Below are positions 1 through 12,607 of a DNA stretch of 64,000 bases, piece after piece. The DNA comes from Octopus sinensis (taxonomy: Eukaryota). Location: the NCBI RefSeq assembly GCF_006345805.1, contig NC_043003.1, forward strand, positions 100,874,001 through 100,938,000, read 5' to 3'. The notes under the pieces were generated by a model. It worked only from the letters and a program-made list of their open reading frames with translations, was not told where the DNA came from and made no database searches. Each line of letters opens with the position of its first letter. The stretch's first letter is position 1. The translations under genes and the position numbers were made by a program.

Positions 1-1385
1 TGCATCTGATGCTTTATCGCGTACCTATTGAGCAGCTACGACTGGTAATGAACTGTAACCTGTTCATGCAGTGCTGTGTCATCCTGGGATCACACGGTTG
101 TTTCATTATATTAAAGTTAACAATTTACCATTCTCAGTAGATGATGTAGTGCGTATAACTAACAATTGTGTAATATGTTGTGAAGTGAAGCCTCGCTTTA
201 CTAAAACCTCTGTTTCATCAGGAATTAAATCTACTCAAGCTTTAAAAAGATTGAATCTTGATTTTAAAGGACCCCTACCTTCAGTGTCAAAGAACCATTA
301 TTTTTTAACTGTTGTGGATGAGTATTCACGTTTTTCGTTTATTTTTCCCTACACTGATACTAGTGCTCATTCTGTTACTAGTAATTTGAAGGTTTTGTTT
401 AATCTTTTCGGATTTCCTGCTGTTATTTATAGTGATAATGCTAAATGTTTTGTATCCAAAGAACTTAAACAATTTCTGTATGATAGGGGTGTAGCGATTA
501 CTCATTCTACTGTGTACAATCCTCGTGGAAATGCGCAATGTGAAAGGTATAATGGAGTAATATAGAATTCCATTAAATTGGCCTTATGTAGCAGAAATTT
601 ACCAGTTTCTCAATGGAAAGTCGTGCTTCCAGAAGTTTTACATTCACAATGTTCATTATTATGCACAGTAACTAATGAAACCCCACATGAGAGATTCTTT
701 AAATTTCCCAGATATTCTATGTGCAGTGTTTCTGTTCCTACTTGGTTAATGCAAGGACCTGGCAAAGTGTTTGTTAAACTGTATGTATGCAATTAGTAGA
801 TGAAACCCAATTGGTACAGATTAACCCTAACCACGGGAGGGTGCAGTACCCAGATGGACGTGAAAGTACTGTGTCCATTAGAGATTTAGCCCCTACTGGC
901 AAAATGACTGAGGAGTATCAGTTAAGTAAGGATCAAACTGATGTTGCTGAGACTGATCATACTCAAGTGCATGAACACCGTGGTGGTTTTTCAGATACCA
1001 TGAGTGATTCTGTCCCACCTAGACCAGCTCAAGAACCAGAACCTCAAACTACTTTGCACTGGCGTTCATCCAGAACAAAAACCATTTCAGAGACGTTAAA
1101 TTTATGATTGATGATGTGATATGCTTCTGAAATGCCTCGTTATTACGTTGTCAAGATTGGCTCATTTTATGTTTGTATTTTGCATTTTATTGGTTAATTG
1201 TTCTTGTTCTTTGGGGGGGGGTTGTGATTTTAGTTTTGATCATGTGATTTTGATTGTCTCAATTGCTGTGCGGAGTTCTGTTCTGTTTGCGGCACGACAT
1301 GTTCAGTGTTGGTTTTTAATTAGTCGAGACTGTAGCAACTCACAGCATAAAACTGTTATTGTGTTGAAGTTTGGTTTTGCTTACA
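1..1385 (+). mobile_element. Ty3/Gypsy LTR retrotransposon 3' portion (RNase H end, degenerate integrase, PPT, short putative 3' LTR)
   Basis: SDALSR at the window start is followed by an integrase HHCC region (HPGITR...CVIC) and core (LDFKGP, VDEYSRF, SDNA, GNAQCER), interrupted by stops. A G9 tract at 1213-1221 precedes TG(1223)...CA(1385). Confidence 0.85.
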
Positions 1386-1444
1386 ATTTAGCAATCTTTG
1401 TATTGTAGTTTGCTATATTTTTAGTTGATTAAAACCTTTTAAAC

Positions 1445-1700
1445 TTAGATATTCCAGTTTGGGTTTATAACATACATATATATATTTATGCGCATACACA
1501 CAGATATACAGAGACGTATACATGCTCGCGCCTTCCTACACACATGGGCACACACACAGAGGCACATGCATGCACCTACATATACATGTGTGACACTCAT
1601 ACATGCACATATACGCAGACATGCACACATACACCCCCACACAGTCACACTCATATATATGTATATCTGTACAAACACACACACACAAAATGAATATTGC
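1445..1700. repeat. Degenerate (CA/TA) purine-pyrimidine microsatellite
   Basis: Alternating AC/AT-rich tract seen directly. Confidence 0.85.
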
Positions 1701-1949
1701 ACATAATAAAGTTTAATACCAAATCCATCCTCTCATTTCTTAATTGATATGTGTGTGTGCATGGTTAGCTAACACACACTGTGCCCAGCTAATATGACTG
1801 GAAAATAAAGTAAATGAATTCTCCAACGAACTGTATATTGCTGTCTAACAATATTCACATACCATTTAAGATGACATCATTGTAAGCAAGATGGTTTTGG
1901 TGTCCATCAAGAGAGCTTCTTCAAGGTCATTTTATTATTTTTTTCATCG

Positions 1950-3075
1950 TCATCATCATCATTTAACATCTGCTTTCCATGCTGGCATGGGTTGGACAGT
2001 TTGGCTGACAACTGGTAAGCTGTGGAGATCACCATCATCATCATTGTTCGACCGTGGTCGAGACAATGGAATTTACTGTGTTACGCCAGACTTCACAGTC
2101 CATCATAGCATTATGGAGGTCCTGTTGCTGGATGCCTGTATCCCTGGAGATTACATCAGGGTAGGAGAGTGTGTGCCCTCTGGTATCGCAAGCAGATGGC
2201 TTCCAGAGGAGAAGAGTAGAAATTACCTTGTTTTCAGCTCTACAACAATGTCCAGCAAACTGGACTCTCCTACCTTTCACAAGAGATGATACAGGTGGAG
2301 ATCACCAGATTGCAATCTGATTTGGCATGGTTTCTACAGTTAGATGCCCTTCCTAACATCAACCACTCCAAGATTGTAGTGGTTGCTTTTTACATGCCAT
2401 TGATGATACCAGCAGTCATGACTATGATCTTACTTGGCTTGACAGATTTTCATAAGTACGTTATATCACCAAAGGTCTTGGTCACCTGTCACTGTTTCTG
2501 TCAGGTCCACTGCTTGAACGGTGCTTTTTACGTGCCACTAGCATGGGTGCCAGTCAGACGGCACTGGCATCAGCCATCACTATGATTTCACTTGGCTTGA
2601 CAGGTCTACTCAAGCACAGTATATTGCCAAAGTCTTGGTCACTAATCATTGCCTCCATGAGGCCCAACATTTGAAGATCATGCTTCACCACCATGTCTTC
2701 CTTGGTCTACCTCTTCCACATGTTCCCTCCACCATTAGAGTTCAGCACTTCTTCACACAGCTGTCCTCATCCATACACAGCACAGTCATCTCTCTTGCAC
2801 ACCACATCTGATGCCTCTTATGTCCAACTTTTCTCCCAGGATGCTTACACTCTGTCGTGCATGCACACTGACATTACACACCCAGTGAAGTATACTAGCT
2901 TCATTTCTTATGAGCCTACGCATGTCCTCAGCAGTCACAGACCATATTTCACTTCCATGTAGCATGGCTGTTTACTCATGGGTATCATACAGTCTGCCTT
3001 TCACTCTGAGAGAGAGAGAGAGGCCCTTTGTTACCTGCAGAGGTAGGAAGTCTCTGAACTTTGTCTCACTCCCAT
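1950..3075 (-). mobile_element. Degenerate RTE LINE 3' fragments (RT C-terminus and 3' UTR with CAT/GAT tail)
   Basis: Similar to the reverse complement of 8050-9066 (catcatcatttaac..ctttccatgctggcatgggttggac; GRPRKTW-type segment near 2690). Confidence 0.75.
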
Positions 3076-3429
3076 TCGGGAGTGATGGACATCGATGTTT
3101 CACCATTTTTGTGGTTTGTCAGCCTTATGCACCCTCTTCGGTTGAAGGTGAATTACCTAGCCAGTCCGTGACTTATATGCTCATGGCTTGTAAAATCATG
3201 AGCTGGTACGCCTGGAAATTGCATATCCAAGAGAAAATTTATATATGAAGTAAAAGCAGCATTATTAAATAGATATACAAATGTTTATGCTTTGTGTATT
3301 TTCTGGTGGCTGCAGTGGCATAGCAGAGTATATAAACCCACATGTTGCCGGTGTTAAAACACCTGTCATGGACAGGTGAGATAACTCATCCTCAATCCCA
3401 CTTAGGATTCATGGACATTGGTGTTTCAC

Positions 3430-4680
3430 ATCAGTGCACTACACACTGCTGCCTCTATCAATCTCCAATAGCTAGCTGCCGACCAGGAAAATGATGAACT
3501 TCTCAAACGTTGAAATTCTTCCTTTTCTCACTTTCTCTTTCAAACTTCTTTTTCTAACCTCTTCTCCTGGTTACATTTGGTGAAACATCTCTATATGGGT
3601 CATGCACGTCCCTATGTTCCAAAGAAGTACAAGTATTTAGGTTTATCTGCTCTGTACAATCTCTTGTATCCTGGAGCGAATTTGGCCCTGAAGTTGATCA
3701 CTGTCTAATTTGTGTGGACTGGAATCAACAAAAATGTCAGGGGATGGGCCAAGAGTTGCATCCCTTGTCAGAAAGCGAAAGCTCATTGTCGCATCAAATC
3801 ACTTCTAGGAACTTTGTCAATGCCAGATGCATGTTTTCAACATGTACATGTTGACATCGTCGGACCACTGCTACTATCTCAAAATTACATATATCTTTTG
3901 ACTTGTGTGGACCACTTTTCTCGGTGGCCTGAATCCATCGCTTTTCAAGATACCACAGCAGAAACAGTATCTAAAGCATTACAGCAACATTGGATAGCAC
4001 ATTTTGGTATACATGCCACCGTTATAACAGACAGCGAACATCAGTTCGAATCTAATCTTTTCTCAGAATTGACATGTCTTTATCATCCTAGGATGATAAA
4101 GACCACCAACAACTGTTTACCATCCTGCAGCCAATGGTATGGTGGAATGGTTCCACCGACAACTGAAATCTATTCTCAGAATTTACCAACACAAATAGCA
4201 AATGGTTGGGATACCTACTCCTCATTCTTCTTGAAATTTATTCCACTGTGAAAGAAGAAATTGGCACTACTCCAGCCAAACTGGAGTATGACACAACTCT
4301 TATGTTATGTGAACAAATGATCATTCCTGTTGCTTCCAAGGACTGCCAAGATCCAGCAAACTATATTCATCACCTGCGGGACTATATAGCAACTTTACCA
4401 TCTATTGCTCTGCATTCTCAAAATATCACCATCAACTATCCATCTGATATTCAACAATGAACTTCACTTTAGTCACCATATTCAGGACCATTCCAAGTTA
4501 TAAATAGAATATCAAAATATTTCGTCCTTGATATCAAAGGCAGAAAAAACTGAGTCAGCATCAGCTGCCTAAAGAAAACTCACCTCAAATCTGAAATATC
4601 AACCCCACCAGCTGATGCAATACCATTAGCATATTCATCTGCAGGCCGGTGAATGCACTGACCATCTCAACTTGTGCAGT
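3430..4680 (+). mobile_element. Second degenerate Gypsy integrase region
   Basis: W.GI.K.VR.W.KSCIPCQKAK, HVHVDIVGPL, LTCVDHFSRWPE and ITDS..QFES motifs, with frameshifts and stops. Confidence 0.85.
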
Positions 4681-5524
4681 ACAGTAAGTAAAAACAAGAC
4701 ATTCCTGTCAATAATACACTGACTTTACATATTTGTTTTTTTGTTTCTTTTTGTCCTCTATTTATATATGTATCTGTTCTTTTTTCCTAGAATTTTTACA
4801 ATTATGCTCTTAACCACAATTCTGATTTCTGCTGCATGTCAGTCAAAAAAAAAAAAGTATTTCTGTTATTTTTGCATTCCTGGTTTTTTGCAGAGTTTTT
4901 TTCAATACAAACCTTTAGAGACTTTTTCAGTATAAACTTTATACAGTACTTCATGTAGAAGACAGCACTGTATTATACACTTCCCAACTGCACTATTCTT
5001 ATTTCATTCAAAATCACCATTTTCACTGGCAGAGGAGTCACGTAGCAGTAATATTTAGTCACTACATCCAATGTCACAATTGGCAAGAATAAAGAAATTC
5101 TGACCAAGTAGGATACTGCCTAGAGCCGACCTCCTACAGAGATTCTAGCTTTTAGAGTTGTCTCTCTGAGCTGATTTTTTGCTATAAAAGCACCTCATCT
5201 CAGGCATAAAAGCTGTCACACAGAGTGCTGGAAGAGCACACACAGAAAACATTGAAAGAATGGCTTGTTGACTTGACTGCTGATCGACAACTGAATTTTC
5301 TTGTCTGTCTCCACAGTCACATGAAGAAAACCAATATCCCAACTCTCCACAATTTGGTCATTCGTTGTAATATCTTTCCTTGTAAATGTAGACAATAAAT
5401 ACCTCAATTGAAAATTTCTCAACCAGGCTTCTGTCTTTATCATTACTCCATCTTTGTTATATATATATATATAAATAATATATATATACAAATATATACA
5501 TATATATTTTTTTTGTATATATAT

Positions 5525-6000
5525 ATATATACACACACATGCATATATGGGTACTGAACGTCACAAACAGTAAACAACATGAAATACGAAAACAAATAAG
5601 TTGAATACGCAAACAACAAGAGAGACAAATGGAAAACAGGGGAAGTAACATAAAAAACGACCCTTCATCAGTTGTCGGCTGCCTATCTACTCGTTTCGAG
5701 CATTGAACAACAATATGAGTCTTCAAAGGCAGTTGCTCCCTCAAAAGCCAAAATAAAATTTGGGATTTTATGGAGGGTCAAAGTTGGTAACAAAAGCAGA
5801 ACAGTGGAGATATACAAGGAAACTGAATGACAACAAACATGGAGGGTCGTTAGACGAGACGAAGGTAAAATAGTGAACGCTGGAGAAATATTTTCTTTGG
5901 CAAGAGAAAAGACAGAAGAGAGAGAGAGAGAGATAGGATACGTCCAATCTCTAGGACAGCCCTGAAAGAAAAGAAAGGTGATCATGTAGGGAAAAGAAAA
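5525..6000. mobile_element. Unclassified dispersed repeat next to (TA)n; its 5' part recurs at about 9245-9310
   Basis: catgcatatatgggtac..cacaaacagtaaaca..tgaaatacgaaa is shared with 9250-9305. Confidence 0.55.
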
Positions 6001-6214
6001 ATGGATGATGGTCACGTGTGAGCAATGAGAGAGATTAAAGGAGAAAGAGGGGGAGAGAGAGACAGATAAAAATGGAGAAAGAGGAAAAAGGAATTAGAGA
6101 AACGATGAGAGAGAAAACAAAAGGGGGAGAGAGAACAGTATAGGGTAGAGTAGCATCAAAATGATTACGATAAACTTACTTGGTAATGGATGTGTGGCAT
6201 TCAATCAAATAATA

Positions 6215-9066
6215 TAAGCTAGGGTCCTCACAGGCAAGGCACTTAGGTACAAACTCTTCTGGCAAGGTAACGTGGAAGGTGTAGGGGGTGTAGGCATTCT
6301 CCTTGCGGAGAAATGGGTGGATAAGGTCATAGAGGTTGTCAGGGTTTGCGATAGAGTGCTTAAGCTCAGGTTGGTCCTACAGAGTGGCACAGCTACGATT
6401 ATCTCCGCCTATGCCCCACAAGCGGGACTACCAAATGATCAGAAGGACAACTTTTATGATACCCTTCTACAGGCTACTTCAAAGACTAGTGGCAAGGACC
6501 TCATCTTTGTGGGTGGAGATTTTAATGGGCATGTTGGGCGGGAATCGGGTATCTTCACTGGGGTACAAGGAGGCCATGGTATTCGCACCAGAAATGATGA
6601 GGGAACTAGACTGCTGGAATTCTGTGATGCATGTAACCTTTCAATCTGCAACACTAACTTCAAGAAGCCTGTCTGCCACCTTATAACCTATCAGTCAGGA
6701 GACTCCGCTAGCCAAATAGACTTCATCCTCACCAGACAGCGGGATGCAGGGTCGCTCTTTGCTTTTACTGTTAGTGAAAAGAAAGAGGCTTGGAGAAGTC
6801 ATTATGAAAGACTGCTGAATGAGGAGAATGAATGGGAGGAGGAGAGCCTGCCAAATGTTGACCCAGTAGAGGGACCAGCTACCCGAATAGACAGCTCCCT
6901 TGTAGATAAGGCAATTAAGGATATGAAACCAGGTAAAGCCCCCGGCCCATCAGGAATCACTGCTGAGATGCTTAAAACAGCTGGCTATGTGGGCTATGGC
7001 ATAGTCACCCGCATTGTAAACCAGGTAGTTCATAATGTAGTCATACCCAATGACTGGCGCAGCAGCACCATAGTCAACTGCTACAAGGGTAAGGGTGATG
7101 CTCTAGATAGAAATAACTACAGGGGTATCAAACTGTTGGACCAGGTGATGAAGGTCACAGAGAGGGTCATAACCCATCTCATTAGGGAGAGAATTTGCTT
7201 AGATGAAATGCAGTTCGGTTTTGTGCCAGGTAGAAGCACCACTGATGCTATATTCCTGGTCCGACAACTGCAGGAGAAGTACCTAGCTAAAGATAAACCC
7301 CTCTACATAGCTTTGTGGACTTGGAAAAAGCCTTTGACAGGGTTCCCCGTTCCCTTATCTGGTGGTCGATGCGGAAACTGGAGATTGACGAATGGCTAAT
7401 AAGGGCTGTACAGGCTCTATACAGAGAGGCTGTCAGCAAGGTTAGGATTGGCAACGAATATAGTGAAGAATTCCGGGTAGAAGTAGGTGTGCACCAGGGC
7501 TCAGCCCTCAGTCCCCTTTTATTCATCATAGTCCTCCAGGCAATAACAGAGGAATTCAAAACGGGATGCCCCTGGGAGCTCCTCTATGCTGATGACCTAG
7601 CTCTCATAGCAGAATCACTACCGGAACTAGAAAAGAAATTTCGGGTATGGAAGCAAGGGTTAGAATCAAAGGGCCTTAGAGTAAATGTAGCAAAGACCAA
7701 AGTAATAGTAAGCAGCAAGGCGTACTCAGCACACACCCCCTCGGGTAGGTGGCCCTGCTCAATCTGTAGGAAAGGTACAGGTAGAAACTCCATAAGATGC
7801 ACCCAATGTAAGCTATGGACGCATAAGAGGTGCAGCAACATTAAAGGGAAATTAACAGATAAGATAGCTTTCATGTGCGGCAGATGCACAGGGGCAATAG
7901 ACACAACAGACACTCAGAAAACAGATTCCATTACACTCCAGGGAGAGAAACTAGAAGTAGTTGATAGTTTCCGCTACCTGGGTGACCAAGTTAGTAGCGG
8001 AGGTGGATGCACAGAGAGTATCACCACTAGAATACGAATAGCCTGGGCAAAGTTCAGAAAGCTCCTACCCCTACTGGCGACAAAGGGTCTCTCCCTCAAA
8101 GCGAAAGGTAGATTGTATGATGCATGTGTGCGAACTGCCATGCTTCACGGTAATGAAACATGGGCTGTGACTGCAGAGGACATGCGTAGACTTGAAAGAA
8201 ATGAAGCTAGCATGATCCGTTGGATGTGTAATGTCAGTGTGCACGCACGACAGAAATGCTGAGAGAAATGCTGGATATAAGAAGAAATTCCTGAGAGAAA
8301 TGCTGGATATAAGAAGCATCAGATGTGGTGTGCAAGAGCGACGCTTGCGATGGTATGGTCATGTGCTGCGGATGGATGAAGAGAGATGTGTGAAGAAGTG
8401 CCACTCCCAAACAGTTGAAGGTATCAGGGGGAGAGGTAGACCCAGGAAGACATGGGATGAGGTAGTCAAGCATGACCTCAGAGCGTTGGGCCTCACTGAG
8501 GCAATGGCGAAGGACCGAGATCTCTGGAGATATGCTGTGACTGCAAAGACCCGGGCTGCTTCCTGCATCAGTTCCACATAGCCCCTGCCCATTCAAAGTA
8601 CCCCGGATCCCAGATCGTCCCGCTGTGCTTGAGGAGACCTGTTGAGTCAAGTACATGAACATGAACGTCGAAATAAATATCAATGGAAATAGGAGTTATG
8701 ATGCCTGTGCCGGTGGCACGTAAAAAGTACTATCCGAACGTGGCCGATGCCAGCGCCGCCCCGACTGGCCTCTGTGCCGTTGGCACATAAAAAAAGACCA
8801 TCCGAACGTTGCCAGCCCCGCCTTGGCTGGCTCCCGTGCCGCTGGCACGTTCAAAGCTCGAACCGATTGTGACCGATGCCGGACCCCCCCGGCCCCTGTG
8901 CAGGTGGCACGTAAAAAGCGGAGTGGTTGGCGTTAGGAAGGGCATCCAGCTGTAGAAACTCTGCCAGATCAGACTGGAGGCTGGAGCAGCCCCTGGCTTC
9001 CCAGACCCCGGTCGAACCGTCCAACCCGTGCTAGCGCAGAAAACGGACGTTAAACGATGATGATGA
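6215..9066 (+). mobile_element. RTE-clade LINE, 5'-truncated and internally deleted; APE endonuclease + RT (frameshift near 7315) + PHD-like finger + 3' UTR with (GAT)n tail
   Basis: GVGILL, SAYAP, GDFNGHVG and IDFILT (APE); KAPGPSG, YRGIKLL, DLEKAFDRV, GVHQGSALSP, LYADD and FRYLG (RT); ends with aaaacggacgttaaacgatgatgatg. A 25-bp tandem duplication sits at about 8260-8318. Confidence 0.95.
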
Positions 9067-9109
9067 TGATTATGATGATATACACGCATGTGTATATATA
9101 CATACATGT

Positions 9110-9245
<136 letters not shown>

Positions 9246-10399
9246 CATACATGCATATATGGGTACAGGACATCACAAACAGTAAACATGAAATACGAAA
9301 CAAACAGTAATATATATATATATATATACACAAGTGTGTGTGTGCATGCGCGCATGTGTTCAGCTTTCCCTTAAAAAAATATATTGTTAAATGTTTGCAA
9401 GTTTGTTCTTGTTTATAAGACATGTAGCCAGCCTAATCCATAATACACATACATTAATGTACCATACAACAACTTCTTACACTCTAAAGGAGCCAGGCCA
9501 CATGTAGGTCATGACTCCTAAGTGCCATTCTGCTGACAATTTTTAGCAGCCTAAACATCAGAGATTTGTTGTGTGTTTTAATCATGTAGAGATTTGACAA
9601 AATCTAGCACAAATGCACTCACACTTATGTTATTTTGTAATGGAAGAAATGGTCCCCAAACTGTATTCAACCTTGTAGATATAATATTTCATTTTCTGAG
9701 ATTTTAAATTGATTTTATATATAATTGCTTTCATTAAGCAATTTCCAATAAAAAGCCTAAAGTCTTTTGTTCCTGAAGTTAGATTCTGCTTACTGAAAGT
9801 TGTTCTGACTGTTTGAAGTTTTCTCATTATCACACTGCCAACATTCTTGAGCAAGAAGTTGATTTTTTTCTTTAAACTTGCTTTTTCTTAGTACATGATT
9901 ATACTAACAGACAGCTTAGTTTAAGGTTATCTTATCTGGGATTAGTTTGGATATTCTAATTATATTGATAACAAATCGTTTTGATATATTGAGAAGTTAT
10001 TAGAAAATTCATTTATGAGTTTTATGTTCAGTTTTCTATGACTCATGTCTATAGGTATCTTATAGTTAACTATTAATTTTGCTGGTTACTGTAATACTAT
10101 GGAGGACTAATCATGCTCATGTACATCAATGTCATTATATCTGCTCATGTTAGCACTAAATTGATCATTGTAGTTTTTCACTCAGGGAATCATTGTTGAC
10201 AAGTAAACATTTCCTGTTATGCATTATTTTCTTCACATTGTTGCTATTGATGTGCCACACACACACACACACATAGTCACATTGAATAATCAAACATTAA
10301 AAATAACAATAACAGAACAAGAGGACATGAACATGGAATGTATTAGTTTGACACTCGGTAAAAAGAGAGGATTTTTGATGTTTCAAGCATAGCTCTCTG

Positions 10400-10431
<32 letters not shown>

Positions 10432-10432
10432 G

Positions 10433-10468
<36 letters not shown>

Positions 10469-11229
10469 ATATGATGATGATGATGGACCCTCCTGTCGTT
10501 AAATGACATATGAGAGTTCGATAATTTCATAGTGAACAACCACACAGATGATTTGTTTATAGTGACCAAATGTTTGTGTAGACATAAGATTGACATTACC
10601 TGTACAGGTGCAATGGGTACCACATGTCAGATGTCAAAATGATTAAGAAACTTAACTTTTTCCCTCTGTCAGCCTGTCTGCTTGTCTAACAGTAAATATA
10701 TATAAGTGTCAAGTACAGCTCACAGTTCTAACAAGCAGCAGCATTTCATATGAGAAATGAGAAATGTTTAGCTTCCAGTGCTGAGTCTTCACATGGACAA
10801 GCAAGTTATATGGAAAGGTTTGTCAGCTGACTTCCTTTATATATTTGAAGGAAAGACGAGTTATCCAGTGTTTCACATAACAGTGTTTCACATAACAGTG
10901 ACAAAAGAATATAGATATCCTCTGTGAGTGTGAATTAATAACGAGGATTTTAAGATGAGAACAGATACATTGCCTTCCAATTGGACTCGTGACTACAAGA
11001 TACTGAGTTAACTATTATATGGTGTACAGCATGTTGCAGTAAATGGTACATATACAGAATCATACTAAACAATGGATTGAAACAAACTGCATATCCCTCA
11101 CCCTGAGTGGATTAATGTGCCAGTGACAAGTCACAAGCCATCAACCCTTTCTTTGTCAGTAACACATGTTTAAATCTCAGTCATCTGTGGTTATCAGAAT
11201 AATTAAATAATTACATGAATTTTAATTAC

Positions 11230-11380
11230 CTCCTTTGTTTCGAACTCATGTCCAGATTTCTTTAGAATTGTAAACATAGTCTGTGTAACAGAGAAGGCAT
11301 GTGTCCAGTTATGATAGGGGACGTTTCGGTAGTTTTTCCGTACTGTCAGCACAAATCTGGTGAAATTATCCATATTCAAC
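11230..11380 (-). CDS. PDE10A: PDE10-like coding exon (catalytic domain, YHN motif), 151 bp; LNMDNFTRFVLTVRKNYRNVPYHNWTHAFSVTQTMFTILKKSGHEFETKE
   Basis: Minus strand reads catttag|GTTGAAT...AAGGAG|gtaatt. RFxLTVRKNYRxVPYHNWxHAFxV is the class I PDE signature of the GAF-PDE families. Confidence 0.96.
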
Positions 11381-11418
11381 CTAAATGAATAGAGATTATT
11401 ATTATTATTATCATTATT

Positions 11419-11585
11419 GAGTAAGAGAGCAGTGCATTCCATCAAAGGTATCCTAAGGTACATATATACAAAGCCCAATATACCCAGCATGACTACCCAT
11501 GTGATAAGGGTACACTAGGCATATGCGTCACAACCATATGTGTGCAATATGGTGATCTCATATCAAGATCAACAGCACATGGCTT
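11419..11585 (-). repeat. Partial copy of the ~560-bp (TAA)n-anchored repeat, tail pointing at the exon acceptor at 11381
   Basis: Reverse complement of the ...catgcactgctctctcactc-aataat end of the copies at 24355, 38518 and 39190. Confidence 0.8.
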
Positions 11586-12257
11586 CTGGACTGGATTTAA
11601 ACCATGAGTGGGGGGTATAAGGAAAAAATCAAGTTCACACCTGACAAAGCCTAAATAATACCAATATCCATGCACCTAAACAACATCAAACACATAACAA
11701 TAAAAACACAAAAATCCAAGAAAACATGGGAAAAAAATAAACGAAACTCAAAAGAATAACAATAGCAAAAACGATGCACAAAATGCCAGCAACACACTAA
11801 ATGGATTAAAAGAACCAAACAACAAATACAAAAGTTCTGAGGTCTTATGGTATAACCCAACTTTTAGATTGCAAATATCATCAAAGATAGGTAAATAATT
11901 CCTTGCAACGTTAGATAGGTGCTTCCCTAAAACACATAAATTCCATTGTTTGTTCAACAGCAACACATATGCCACATCCAACAACATGGAGTACTACATA
12001 CACAAATATAACAAAAAATATACATGCAAACAACAACTACAGACAAAGGATAGATGTATACATCATGACATATCTATCAAACTAATTGTATATTTATGCA
12101 TATAACATTATTTTTGTTCCATTCTAAACAAAACTCTTTGCCAAACAGGAATATAAAACTCTAAGTAACTGTTTTTGTGATATTTTTGTTGCTTTTTAAT
12201 ACTCTGGTATTCGAGTACTATTTTTTCCACCTTGTTTCGCATTTGTGTACTTATTCT

Positions 12258-12290
<33 letters not shown>

Positions 12291-12420
12291 CGGAGTGATA
12301 TAGCAAGTGACCTGATCTGAGATCGTGTGTTGGAATGAAAACAATTGCAGCATGGAAGGTGTTGAAAAGCCATTTAAGAAACACACAAAAACCGTTAGAT
12401 TCACTTCAACATTTAAATTT

Positions 12421-12476
12421 AATTTGTCAAAATATTTTCGTCGCTTTCAGACCGCAACCTGTTCACTGACAAAATT
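12421..12476 (-). ncRNA. Candidate minimal type I hammerhead ribozyme with G3-C8 core variant
   Basis: Minus strand reads UUUGUCA-GUGAACA-G-GUUGC(ggucugaaa)GCGAC-GAAA-AUAU-UU-UGACAAA. Stems I and II pair, stem III is a palindromic AUAU, and there is one extra nucleotide after A9. Confidence 0.5.
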
Positions 12477-12509
12477 CTGTGCTGTTTCTGAGAAAGTAAC
12501 AGTTAGTTC

Positions 12510-12607
12510 ATGCATGCATGCATGCATGCATGCATGCATGCATGCATGTATGTATGTATGTATGTATGTATGTATGTATGTATGTATGTATGTATGTATG
12601 TATGTAT
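12510..12607. repeat. (CATG)n grading into (TATG)n microsatellite
   Basis: Seen directly. Confidence 0.95.

Noticed and set aside
5216-5450. Minus-strand ORF segment with protein-like composition, considered as a further PDE exon
   Set aside because: It has no similarity to the expected next PDE exon (CHDLDHRG) and no convincing splice sites.
5640-5740. Hammerhead-like words on the minus strand (TTGAAGA..CGAAAC..CTGATGA) with a ctgcct/aggcag stem
   Set aside because: Stem II does not pair next to the core and no UH lies directly before stem I. At most it is a decayed relic, and a family consensus would be needed to judge.
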